From NCBI GenBank assembly GCA_944389225.1, contig CALXLP010000002.1, forward strand, positions 30,658 to 94,657: a stretch of 64,000 bases of DNA, in the 5' to 3' direction. The translations under genes were made by a program, and so were the position numbers. The stretch is from an uncultured Clostridia bacterium. GTDB lineage: Bacteria > Bacillota > Clostridia > TANB77 > CAG-508. Within the stretch, counting starts at the first letter, position 1. Every line of letters starts with the position of its first letter. The notes below the pieces were generated by a model. The model saw only the letters and a program-made list of their open reading frames with translations. It had not been told where the DNA came from and ran no database searches. Positions 49,960 to 59,246 of this stretch are shown piece by piece.

Positions 49960-51043
49960 CTATTCTAATGCCTCAAAAGCAATCTCAACTGCTTTTTCTA
50001 TCATTTCTAAATCTTCTTCTCCGTGCATTTTCTTTTTCTTTTAATATTTCTTTTACAAATAGCCCTTTTAATGTATATGTATTTGCTAATTTTTCTAAAT
50101 CATATTGTATTTTTGTATGGTCTTTTATTTTTATAATTCTTTCATTGGTTATTAACTTAAATATTTCATATTTATCAATCTCAAAATTTCTTTTTCCAAC
50201 AAATATTATTTTCACAAGTTTGTTATCTGGAATTTTTAAATCATTGATTTTTTCAATTAATTCATCTTTAGAAACCATATCTGTTACATCAATTTCTATT
50301 TCCTCAAAATCATTTTCACTTAATGGAATAAATTCTGTTTTTAATTCTTTATTTTCATTGATTTCTCCCACAATCATCCCATGTTTACCTAATTCGTCAA
50401 ATCCTAAAGAAATAAGAGAACCTGGATATACAATTCTTTGATTTTCATAAGTATTATAATCTAATTTATGAATATGCCCAGTTGCTACATAATCAAATCC
50501 TTTTTTTTCTAATATTCTTTTTGGTATAGAATTATATTGTTTTTCTTCCAAGTTTGCTCCATCTATGGTACTATGAATAACCAATATATTTGTTTTTGTT
50601 TTATCTTCTATCTCAAAATTCTCTATTCCACAATTGGTACAATAAAAGTCATCAAAACCATATCCATATATATCTACATCTTCTAGTTCTACCTTTTCAA
50701 TTTTTGATGAAAATATATGTACATTATCATTCCATTTGAATTGGGTATAATAAGAATTTTTTATATATGGATCATGATTTCCTGGGCTAATATATATTTT
50801 CGTATTAGGGATTTCTTTAAACAATTCATTTATATATTCTATTGTTGATCTTCTAATATATTGATGTTCATATAAATCTCCAGAAATAAATAGAAAATCA
50901 ATACCATTTTCTTTTATATATTCCATTACTTTTTTAAACACTTTTCTTTGTTCTAATCTTTTGATATCTCCTAAATTTTCTCTATCTGATAAATTTACAA
51001 AAGGACTATCAAAATGTATATCTGCTATATGTACAAATTTCAT
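49960..51043 (-). CDS. SbcD/YhaO-like metallophosphoesterase nuclease; the 3' end probably requires a +1 shift at CGG (complement 50021-50023)
   Basis: It has MKFVHIADIHFD, GDLYE, GNHD and GHIH motifs. The zero frame ends ...ENA RRRRFRNDRKSS and a stop. The +1 frame gives ...ENA GEEDLEMIEKAVEIAFEALE and a stop, ending 10 nt before the GTG start of the ATPase gene. Confidence 0.7.
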
Positions 51044-51185
51044 ATTTTATCTTCCTTTTCTAGTATAAAAATAATTTATTTTATATATTCATTTTTTATA
51101 TTTATGATTGTATATTAATTGTTGTTTTTTTTCAAGTAGATGGGCGAAAGTTTTTTTGGTTATTTTACTTTAATAAATTCAAAAA

Positions 51186-51209
51186 AAATCCACAAATATT
51201 TGTGGATTT
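51186..51209 (-). terminator. Rho-independent terminator after the coupling-protein gene
   Basis: The perfect palindrome aaatccacaaatatttgtggattt is followed by a U run on the minus strand. Confidence 0.75.
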
Positions 51210-51224
51210 CTAATAATATGTATA

Positions 51225-53271
51225 TTAATCATCTTCATTGATTGGGCCAAACAATTCATCAAATTTTGCTTCCAATTCTTTTTGTAAATCATATATATCA
51301 TCATCTTCTTGTGCTGGTTCCTGTGGAAGAACTGGTGCATCATCAAAACTATTTAAGTCCAATGTCTGTTCTTTCTTTTCTTCTGTTTTTTCTGGTTGTA
51401 TGTTTATTGGTTCTGTCGTTGGTTTTGTTTCTTCTTTTTTCTCTTCATTTGATGGTACATCATCAAATAAATCATCCAATGATTCTACTTTTAAGTTATT
51501 TGCTTTTTCTTTTTTCTCATCTTCCGGCACATAAGGATTATATGGATTATATTTTCTCCATGGTCCTCTTTCAATCTCACCAATATCATTATGACTAATT
51601 TCCAATTGTCTCATTTCTTTTGCCATCGGATGTTTGAAATAATAGAATTTTTGAGCTTTTACAGGTTTAATTCCTTTTTCATATATAATACATAAATCAT
51701 TGTCCATTCTTCTTAATTCATCTGGCGTCATTAATGCTCTTGCCATTACTTGGTCAGATACACTTTTTCCTGTTTTCCAGTTTTGTCTATCTCTATTGAT
51801 AGAAATACTATCTCTTTCAATTGTCTTTTCTCCTAATGCTTTTGAGAAATATTCCACTGTTTTATATGAGTTACTTCCTAAGAATACGTGTGTATCACAG
51901 TTACCCATGATGGTTTCATATGATTTTTCATATACAGCCTCTAATTGGTCTATATTTTGTAAAATAACACTAAATGATATCTTTCTACTTCTAGATGTAG
52001 AAATCTTTTTATCAAAGTCAGGTATTTTACCAATATTCGCAAACTCATCTAGTATGAAAAATGTTTGTTCTTTTAATGCTCCACCATTTTGATCTGCATA
52101 ATCATATAATTGTTGTATCATCTGTGCAAAGAATATAGTTAATAAGAAATCATAAGCAGTATGTGTATCTGATGATATAACATATACAGCTGTTTTTTCA
52201 TTTCCTATTTCCTCAAAGTTAATGGTATCTGTTGAAGTTAATTCAGCAATTTCTTTTGAATCAAATTTACCAAGTTTAGATTGCAATGAACTCAAGATAG
52301 AACTATATGTTTTTTCTGGTGCAATTTCAATAGATTTATAGTTCATTCTTGCTGGATGGTCATATGGTAATTGACTCATTAATTCTGTAAGAAGGTTATT
52401 TCCTCCATTTGTGTTAGCCGCCCTAACCAATTCAGCACAGCTAGCTAAGTTTTGTTCTTCTTCTGGTCTTGTTGCTAATAAATAATAAATTAATGCTTTT
52501 AATAACATCTCGGCAGAATCATCCCAGAATGGATCTGAGCTTCCACTTTCTGATTTTTGTCCTTTAATAATTGTATTTGCAATAACATCAACATCTAATC
52601 CTGATGATATATGCATTAATGGATTATATCCATCACTATATTCTGGTCTTACAAGATTTAATACTTTAATCTTATATCCATGTGCTTTTAAATATCCTGC
52701 TGTTCTATCATATAGTTCTCCTTTAGGGTCTGTGAAAACATAAGATCCTAACATTTGATAAGCATTTGGAATTGAGTATGACGCAGATTTACCAGATCCT
52801 GATCCGTCCAACTACTAAAACGTTTACGTTTCCTCTTTTATCAACTGGTAAATAATTATTTTCTGCTAAAATAATTCCTTTATTTTTGCTTAATATTTGA
52901 TATTGTTCTCCTCTTTGACTCCAATCACTTGAACCATGTTCTATATCCGTAAATTCATTTTTAGGAGCTGATCTCACAAATCCTATAAAGAAAAATACAG
53001 AATAGAAAATCGTGACAACAATTAAAGTTGAAAAATATGTTCCCATAGCTCCTTCTGTTAATACTGTTCCTAATGTATTAAGTGGATGTGTTATTGAAGC
53101 TCCAAATGTTTCAATAAATATGGTCAAATCAAATTGCCCACTTGTATTGGCTTGGAATGTACTATGTGCTATAGGCGTAACAAATACTATGGCTATAAAT
53201 ATCCATAGTATTGCAAAAATAATAAAATTTGTTCTATTTCTTCTAATTGCGCCCTCTATTTTGTAATTCAC
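51225..53271 (-). CDS. VirD4/TraG-family type IV coupling protein, interrupted inside the Walker A box by one extra nucleotide (+1 shift needed at CGG, complement 52804-52806)
   Basis: The 5' ORF (GTG start, two TM helices) ends ...NVNVLVVG RIRIW and a stop. The +1 frame continues GSGSGKSASYSIPN..., so the joined reading VLVVGGSGSGKS is an intact P-loop (about 682 aa in total). Confidence 0.8.
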
Positions 53272-53299
53272 CTTAAATCACCTACTCTTTTGTTTTTAT

Positions 53300-53650
53300 C
53301 TATATTTCCTGTTCGTCATGTCCTGTGTTAGACTCTTTCTTCTTCCCTTGTTTCTTTTCTTGTAATTTTGCTGCATTTATTTTTTTCATTCTATCTTTTT
53401 TATAATCCATTTTTTCCATGTCTTTTCTTTGTGAACCATTGCCTCTATGTCCTTTATCATTTATCATTAACCCTCTTTGTGGTATTACCATAGTAGAAAC
53501 TCCTAGATTAGTAGATAAATTTTTAGCATCTTGTGGATTTACTTTTGTTGCATCTCCTGCTTTTTCTCCAGCTTTTAAATGGTTTCTCTCACAGTTAATC
53601 ATAAAAAAGCATACGCTACTTCTTCCATCTGTTAAATTTGTACTACTCAT
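53300..53650 (-). CDS. Hypothetical basic protein, co-transcribed upstream of the coupling protein
   Basis: 116-aa ORF with a strong RBS (gggagga). It is tightly packed between neighbouring genes. No family recognised. Confidence 0.5.
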   Translation of the reverse strand: MSSTNLTDGRSSVCFFMINCERNHLKAGEKAGDATKVNPQDAKNLSTNLGVSTMVIPQRGLMINDKGHRGNGSQRKDMEKMDYKKDRMKKINAAKLQEKKQGKKKESNTGHDEQEI

Positions 53651-53665
53651 TTAAACTTTCCTCCC

Positions 53666-54190
53666 TTAGTCCTCTTTTTCGTCTCTGATTTCAAAGGCGA
53701 AATAAGGTTTATTTGGTTTCAACTTACATTTTCCTTTTACTTCATTTGTTTTTTCATCAAAATAAAGTACAGGTTTTACTTCTTCTGTAGTTTCTGGGTC
53801 TATTACACATATTGGTCTCTTTAAATTTGGTGTATACTTAAAGTCTTTGATTTCTGTTTCTTTTTCTGAATATATACTATCGAATTTCAAAGGCATTGGT
53901 TTTTTACTGATAGAAACTTTATCACCGTCCAAAATAGCAGTATTAACAACAACTCTATCTTTTCCGAAAGACAATATAACTAACTCATCTTGATCTACTG
54001 ATGGAAAGTCTACATAAAAAGTCTTTCTAATCATATCTCCTCTTATCTCATCTGTTGACTCTAATCTTTCTAATGCATATTTAGGATATTCTTTTAATAA
54101 AGCTTTTGGAGTTTTAATGATTTGATAGATGACTGTACTTACTCCCTTCGGATCTGTAATGCTAAAGCTCTTTCCTTCCCATGTCTCCAT
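53666..54190 (-). CDS. Hypothetical protein, second gene of the J-protein/coupling-protein operon
   Basis: The ORF is open to 54250, but the likely start is ATG at 54190 (METWEGK...), preceded by a ggaggg RBS. No family recognised. Confidence 0.5.
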   Translation of the reverse strand: METWEGKSFSITDPKGVSTVIYQIIKTPKALLKEYPKYALERLESTDEIRGDMIRKTFYVDFPSVDQDELVILSFGKDRVVVNTAILDGDKVSISKKPMPLKFDSIYSEKETEIKDFKYTPNLKRPICVIDPETTEEVKPVLYFDEKTNEVKGKCKLKPNKPYFAFEIRDEKED

Positions 54191-54319
54191 TTTTTTCCCT
54201 CCGTTTCTATGTTTTTTAATCCATAGCTTGTCATTTGTTTTATACAACACTCACTATTTATTTTACATGAAAATACATATATTGTCAATATTTATTTTAT
54301 GTAAATTTATGTTTTTTTC

Positions 54320-55195
54320 TTAGTCTTTTCTTGGATTAAAGGTTGATATATGATTTAATTGTTCAAATATATTTTTTTCTTCATTGGTTAAATTTTTAGG
54401 TACCATAATTTTTACTTCTGCAATTAGGTCTCCTCTTGAACCTTTTCCATCTTTATATCCTTTACCTGGTATTCGTATTTTCTCTCCACTTTCGATTCCT
54501 TGAGGAATATATACCTTTGTTTCTTCATCTATTGATTGGATATTCACTCTTGTACCTAAAGCTGCTTCCCATGGTGTTATTAATAAGTCTGTATACATAT
54601 CACATCCCTGTAACTTAAATTTCTTATCATCCTTTATGTTGATTTTTATAAATAAGTCACCATTTTTTCCACCATTCACTCCTGGTTTTCCTTGTCCAAT
54701 CAAGCGTATTTTTTCGCCATCTCTTATTCCTTGAGGAATCGTTACTGTAAATGTTTTCATTTTTCCATCAACAGTTCTTAAAGATATTTTTTTATCTAAA
54801 CCGTTAAAAGCCTCATATATTGTTGTATTGATTTCTGTTTCAACATTTTCTCCTCTTAATGGTTCTTTTCCTTTTTTCTCACTCTTTTCTTCATGGCTTT
54901 GTTTAATGTTTCCAAAAAACATTTTTACAATAGAATCTTTGCCTTTCATATTAAATTTTTTATTAACTAAATTATGCGAATTCCATATTCTATCATATTT
55001 TCTTTTAGAATTTGGTACAGATAAAACTCTATATGCTTCATTTATATCTTTTATACGTTCTTCTGCTAAACTATCCCCTATATTTACATCTGGATGATAT
55101 TTTTTAGCAGCATTTCGATACGCAACTTTTATTTCATCAATAGAAACTCTGCTTGTTTCTAACCCCAAAATTTTATAATAATCTTTAAAAATCAT
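54320..55195 (-). CDS. CbpA-like J-domain co-chaperone (J domain plus DnaJ C-terminal domains, no Zn finger)
   Basis: It has DYYKILGLETSRVSIDEIKVAYRNAAKKYHPDVN (HPD motif) and C-terminal GKPGVNGGKNGDLFIKI / GKGSRGDLIAEV repeats. The start is chosen at 55195 (RBS ggagga), because the upstream part of the ORF overlaps the ddl terminator. Confidence 0.8.
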   Translation of the reverse strand: MIFKDYYKILGLETSRVSIDEIKVAYRNAAKKYHPDVNIGDSLAEERIKDINEAYRVLSVPNSKRKYDRIWNSHNLVNKKFNMKGKDSIVKMFFGNIKQSHEEKSEKKGKEPLRGENVETEINTTIYEAFNGLDKKISLRTVDGKMKTFTVTIPQGIRDGEKIRLIGQGKPGVNGGKNGDLFIKINIKDDKKFKLQGCDMYTDLLITPWEAALGTRVNIQSIDEETKVYIPQGIESGEKIRIPGKGYKDGKGSRGDLIAEVKIMVPKNLTNEEKNIFEQLNHISTFNPRKD

Positions 55196-55247
55196 TTGAC
55201 ATCCTCCCCAATAATCAGGTGTTTTTATTATACCATAAAAATGAAAA

Positions 55248-55269
55248 AAATCCATAGTTTTATGGATTT
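55248..55269 (-). terminator. Rho-independent terminator after ddl
   Basis: A 9-bp stem, aaatccata / tatggattt, with loop gttt is flanked by A and T runs. Confidence 0.7.
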
Positions 55270-55315
55270 TTTATTATATAATTCTTTTATTTATTACAGG
55301 TCTGCCTAATCATTA

Positions 55316-56359
55316 TTATTCTTGTGCTAATTTTATCAAATTGTCTAACAGTTCATTATACTGTATCCCTTCTGCTTCAAATAATTTAGGATACATACTT
55401 ATTTTTGTAAAACCTGGCAATGTATTAATTTCATTAATATATATTTGATTTGTTTTATCTTCTACAAAGAAATCTACTCTTGATAAACCTTTTCCATCAA
55501 TTGCTTTAAAAGCTTTTATTGCTAATTTTCTGATTTCATTTGAAACTTTTTCATCTAAATTTGCTGGTATCAATGTCTTTGAATCTTCGTTTTGATATTT
55601 AGCATCATAACTATAAAATTCATCAGCAGGTTTTATTTCTCCTACACCAGATGCAATGACATCATCATTTCCAAGTACCGCACATTCTACCTCTTGCCCA
55701 ATAATTCCTTTTTCTATTAAAATTTTCTTATCAAACTTTCCTGCATATTCTATATATTCTTTTAAGTCTTCTTTATTTTTTGCTTTATTAATCCCTACAC
55801 TTGAACCAGAATTTGCTGGTTTTATAAATACTGGAAAATCAATTTCTTTTTCAACGATATCTGCTGCCTCTTCTAAAGAAACTCTTTTCTCGTTAAATTC
55901 CTTATCTATATATGTATATTGGTCTTTATATTTTTTCAAATATATATATGGAGCTTGGCAAATATTTGCCTTATCAAAAATGACTTTTGTATAGGCTTTA
56001 TCCATTCCCACACTTGATGCTAAAACGCCACATCCAACATATGGTTTTTTTAATATTTCAAATAGTCCTTGAATCGTTCCATCTTCTCCATATAGTCCAT
56101 GTAATACTGGGAAAAGAACATCTAAAGTTTGTAAGTATTTTATTATGTTCTCTATTTCATTCATATGATCCATATTTTTATTAATCTCAATATTTTCTAA
56201 ATTGTCGTACTGATACCATTTTCCATTCTTTGAAATATATATTGGAAAAATCTCATATTTGTTTTTATCTAAATTTTTTAAAATAGAATTTGCCGACATA
56301 ACAGAAACTTCATTTTCTGTTGACATACCTCCAAAAATAAGTCCTAATTTTATTTTCAT
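55316..56359 (-). CDS. ddl: D-alanine--D-alanine ligase
   Basis: 347 aa. It has MKIKLGLIFGGMSTENEVS, HGLYGEDGTIQG and an ATP-grasp C terminus, EINTLPGFT. Confidence 0.92.
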   Translation of the reverse strand: MKIKLGLIFGGMSTENEVSVMSANSILKNLDKNKYEIFPIYISKNGKWYQYDNLENIEINKNMDHMNEIENIIKYLQTLDVLFPVLHGLYGEDGTIQGLFEILKKPYVGCGVLASSVGMDKAYTKVIFDKANICQAPYIYLKKYKDQYTYIDKEFNEKRVSLEEAADIVEKEIDFPVFIKPANSGSSVGINKAKNKEDLKEYIEYAGKFDKKILIEKGIIGQEVECAVLGNDDVIASGVGEIKPADEFYSYDAKYQNEDSKTLIPANLDEKVSNEIRKLAIKAFKAIDGKGLSRVDFFVEDKTNQIYINEINTLPGFTKISMYPKLFEAEGIQYNELLDNLIKLAQE

Positions 56360-56403
56360 ACTATCCTCTCCTTTGTTTTTATTACAATTCCCCTTTTGAT
56401 TTT

Positions 56404-57816
56404 TTATTTAAATTCTATCTTTATTTTTTCTGCTATATCAAAAAATCTCATGCCATTTGATGCTTTAAACAATATTACATCTTTTGCTTGAATCATCCTT
56501 TTTAATAGTTCCACAATATCTTCTTTATTCTCAAAATAATATATATTTCTTTCATCAAATCCATTTTCTTTTGCAGATTCTGCTATATATTTTGCATTTT
56601 CGCCACTACAAATTAAAACATCTACTTTGTTTTCACACACAATTTTACCAATTTCTTTATGTAATGCTAAAGCAAATTCTCCAGTTTCTAATATATCTCC
56701 TAGTACTGCAATTCTTCTATCTGCTTTCATATGGTTCATATATGATAAACTTGCCTTTACAGATTCTACACTAGAATTGTATGCATCATTGATTATCTTA
56801 ATACCATTTTTTAGTTCTATAACTTCCATTCTATTTTTCGTAAGAGAAAATGTTTCAATTCCTCTTTTTATATCTTCGTTTTCTATGTTTAATAGTTTTC
56901 CTACTGCAATAGCGCATAAACTATTTAATACAAAATGTTCTCCTCCAACTGGAACTTTTATTTTCTCTTCTTTATTGTTTAAATGAATTTGGTATTCACT
57001 GCCATCTTCATGTAATTGAATCTCTTTTGCTTGTATATCGCTTTTTTCATTGATTCCGTATGTCTTTATCTTTATTTTATCTTTATTTTCTTCATACCAT
57101 TTATGTAATAAATCATTATCATTATTGATAACCATATATGGATTTTTTGCACCATCTAGTATTTCTAATTTTGCCTTTAATATATTTTCTCTAGACCCTA
57201 AGTTTCCTATATGTGAAGTACCTATATTGGTAATAATACATATATTGGGTTTTGCAATCTCAGAAAGTAAATGAATTTCTCCAAAATGATTCATTCCCAT
57301 TTCTAATACAAATACTTCAATATCATTTGGAGCATTTAATATGGTAAATGGCATTCCAATATTATTGTTATTATTTCCTATAGTTTTACATATTTTATAT
57401 TTTTGTGCAACAACATTGGCAACTAAGTCTTTTGTACTTGTTTTTCCTACACTCCCTGTAATAGCTACGACAGGTACATTATATATCTCTCTTTTGTAAC
57501 TTGCTAATTTGTATAATGCTTGCAAAGTATCTTCTACTTGTATAATTACTTTATCCTGATATGTTTCTATATCCTGTTTATCAAATTTTATCCCTTGAAC
57601 AATGACTCCCATTGCACCATTATCTAGTGCTTTCTTCCAAAATACATTCCCATCGAAATTTTCTCCTTTGATTCCTATGTATATATCTCCTTCTTTTATT
57701 GTTCTTGTATCTTTAGAAAATTCTTTACATACTATATTTTCATTTCCTGTAATCAATTTTCCATCTGTACATTCTAATATATCTTTTACCGTTATATCTT
57801 TCATGTTTATTTTCAC
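56404..57816 (-). CDS. murF: UDP-N-acetylmuramoyl-tripeptide--D-alanyl-D-alanine ligase
   Basis: 470 aa. It has the Mur ligase P-loop ITGSVGKTSTKD and the typical MurF layout, and it lies adjacent to ddl. Confidence 0.9.
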   Translation of the reverse strand: MKINMKDITVKDILECTDGKLITGNENIVCKEFSKDTRTIKEGDIYIGIKGENFDGNVFWKKALDNGAMGVIVQGIKFDKQDIETYQDKVIIQVEDTLQALYKLASYKREIYNVPVVAITGSVGKTSTKDLVANVVAQKYKICKTIGNNNNNIGMPFTILNAPNDIEVFVLEMGMNHFGEIHLLSEIAKPNICIITNIGTSHIGNLGSRENILKAKLEILDGAKNPYMVINNDNDLLHKWYEENKDKIKIKTYGINEKSDIQAKEIQLHEDGSEYQIHLNNKEEKIKVPVGGEHFVLNSLCAIAVGKLLNIENEDIKRGIETFSLTKNRMEVIELKNGIKIINDAYNSSVESVKASLSYMNHMKADRRIAVLGDILETGEFALALHKEIGKIVCENKVDVLICSGENAKYIAESAKENGFDERNIYYFENKEDIVELLKRMIQAKDVILFKASNGMRFFDIAEKIKIEFK

Positions 57817-57988
57817 CTCTATATCTTTTTTAGAATTATATGATTAAATTTCTTTTTTTGCAACTATATAGAGGATTTTTCTATTTTATATATAATTATT
57901 TTTGTTATATCATAAAAAATAGGCAAAAAAAAAGAAAACCCACTAATGAAATGGGAAAGAAAAAAATGATTTTCTTTTTTAGGTTGAT

Positions 57989-58690
57989 TCAAATTAAATG
58001 ACCTACTCCTCCGGCAGGCATAAAATTCCCGAACTTTGATTCATTGACAAATCCCATGTCAGTATTCTTAAATCCAAAACTTTCTTCTTTGAGATTATCT
58101 CCTTCATATATATACTCTCTAAAAGAAACAATCTCCTGTGAAAAAAATATCGTTTTATCGCTCTTTGAATCCATTGGACAGCTTTCATATTGAAACATAC
58201 CAATATTTTGTGACTCTCCAAATTCTTCATACTGAATATACGGGCGAAATACTATAAAGCTCCTTTGAAAAGACGTTATTGCTACATAAATCGTACTTGT
58301 CATTTTATGCCCAAAAGTACTTGTCTCAATATCAACTTTGTAAGCGTCGTAATTATGCCTTTCAATCATCAGGCATCCATAAGGCTCTATTGCCTTGATG
58401 ATTACTGAATGATTGGTTGCTAATTCTTCTAGCCGGCTTTTAAGCCATTCCATCCCCATGTTATTTCTTGAATGAAAGCCGTTCGGATACTTTTTCTTGA
58501 CTTCTTTCAAGAGTACTTTCTCATCCTCTTCTGCTAGTCCCTCCAAGCAAGCTAAACCATCTATTCCTCGAATATGTGGTTCACTCTTGATATCAAAGTC
58601 AACTTCAAGTAAGCTGCTAGCAGGTCCAAGATACATAAGTTTGTTTAGAATGTTTTCACATTCCGTGAATTTCCGTTTGTCTTTTTTCAT
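57989..58690 (-). CDS. Hypothetical protein in a visibly GC-richer segment (probably acquired)
   Basis: 233-aa ORF. Its composition is clearly richer in G+C than its neighbours. It contains the only two in-frame CGG codons I found outside the four frame-break sites. No family recognised. Confidence 0.5.
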   Translation of the reverse strand: MKKDKRKFTECENILNKLMYLGPASSLLEVDFDIKSEPHIRGIDGLACLEGLAEEDEKVLLKEVKKKYPNGFHSRNNMGMEWLKSRLEELATNHSVIIKAIEPYGCLMIERHNYDAYKVDIETSTFGHKMTSTIYVAITSFQRSFIVFRPYIQYEEFGESQNIGMFQYESCPMDSKSDKTIFFSQEIVSFREYIYEGDNLKEESFGFKNTDMGFVNESKFGNFMPAGGVGHLI

Positions 58691-58712
58691 TTCTTCTCAA
58701 CCTTTCTTTTTC

Positions 58713-58726
58713 CCCTGTATACAGGG
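58713..58726. promoter_or_regulatory. Perfect 14-bp palindrome CCCTGTATACAGGG just upstream of the GC-rich gene (possible operator)
   Basis: Read directly from the sequence, 23 nt upstream of the start codon at 58690. The function is purely inferred. Confidence 0.3.
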
Positions 58727-58845
58727 ATTATTCATGCAAATCGCATAAATTTATTATACCATATTTACATAAAATTAGCAATTTCTAAGATTTTTAACTT
58801 TAAAATATGGATAGAAATTTTCTAATTCTCTATCCATATCCTTAA

Positions 58846-59022
58846 TTATTGTTCTACTGCTCTATTTGCTATTTCGATTGCTTTTGAAACAATATTACCA
58901 CAATCTTTAGAAGAAACATTTCCCCAGCTTCCTCCGTCTTTTTTTACTTGTTCATATACTCCTAATTCTCTTGCAATTTCTTCTCTTAAATTCTCAGAAA
59001 TTAAATGACGATTCTTAGACAT
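58846..59022 (-). CDS. Alpha/beta-type small acid-soluble spore protein (58 aa, below the ORF-track cutoff)
   Basis: My translation is MSKNRHLISENLREEIARELGVYEQVKKDGGSWGNVSSKDCGNIVSKAIEIANRAVEQ. The two conserved SASP blocks are recognisable (E-IA-ELGV and G-x-S-x-x-x-G-x-IV-K-AIE-A). An RBS (ggagga) lies upstream and a hairpin terminator at 58805-58839 downstream. Confidence 0.75.
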   Translation of the reverse strand: MSKNRHLISENLREEIARELGVYEQVKKDGGSWGNVSSKDCGNIVSKAIEIANRAVEQ

Positions 59023-59246
59023 AATTTCCTCCTAAAAAATTTAAAATTATAAAACTGTATATACAACTTTATATGTTTAGTATTCTCTTTTTTATAGAAA
59101 ATTATTTTAACAAAATTTTTATATTTTTCCTTTTTTATCATATGGAAAAATCTACTTTTTTTATTTTATAAATTTTATGTGAATGATATATAATTTTTCG
59201 ACTAATTATGATATAATAAAAAAGACATTTAAAAAAGGAGAATTTT

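Noticed and set aside
54191-55255. N-terminal extensions of ORFs 53666..54250 and 54320..55255, as listed in the ORF track.
   Set aside because: Internal ATG codons with good RBSs (at 54190 and 55195) are more plausible starts. The upstream part of the J-protein ORF overlaps the ddl terminator hairpin.
58713-58726. The CCCTGTATACAGGG palindrome as an SOS (LexA) box.
   Set aside because: It does not match the Firmicute LexA consensus (CGAAC-N4-GTTCG) or the spacing of the E. coli CTG-N10-CAG box. It is kept only as a generic operator candidate.
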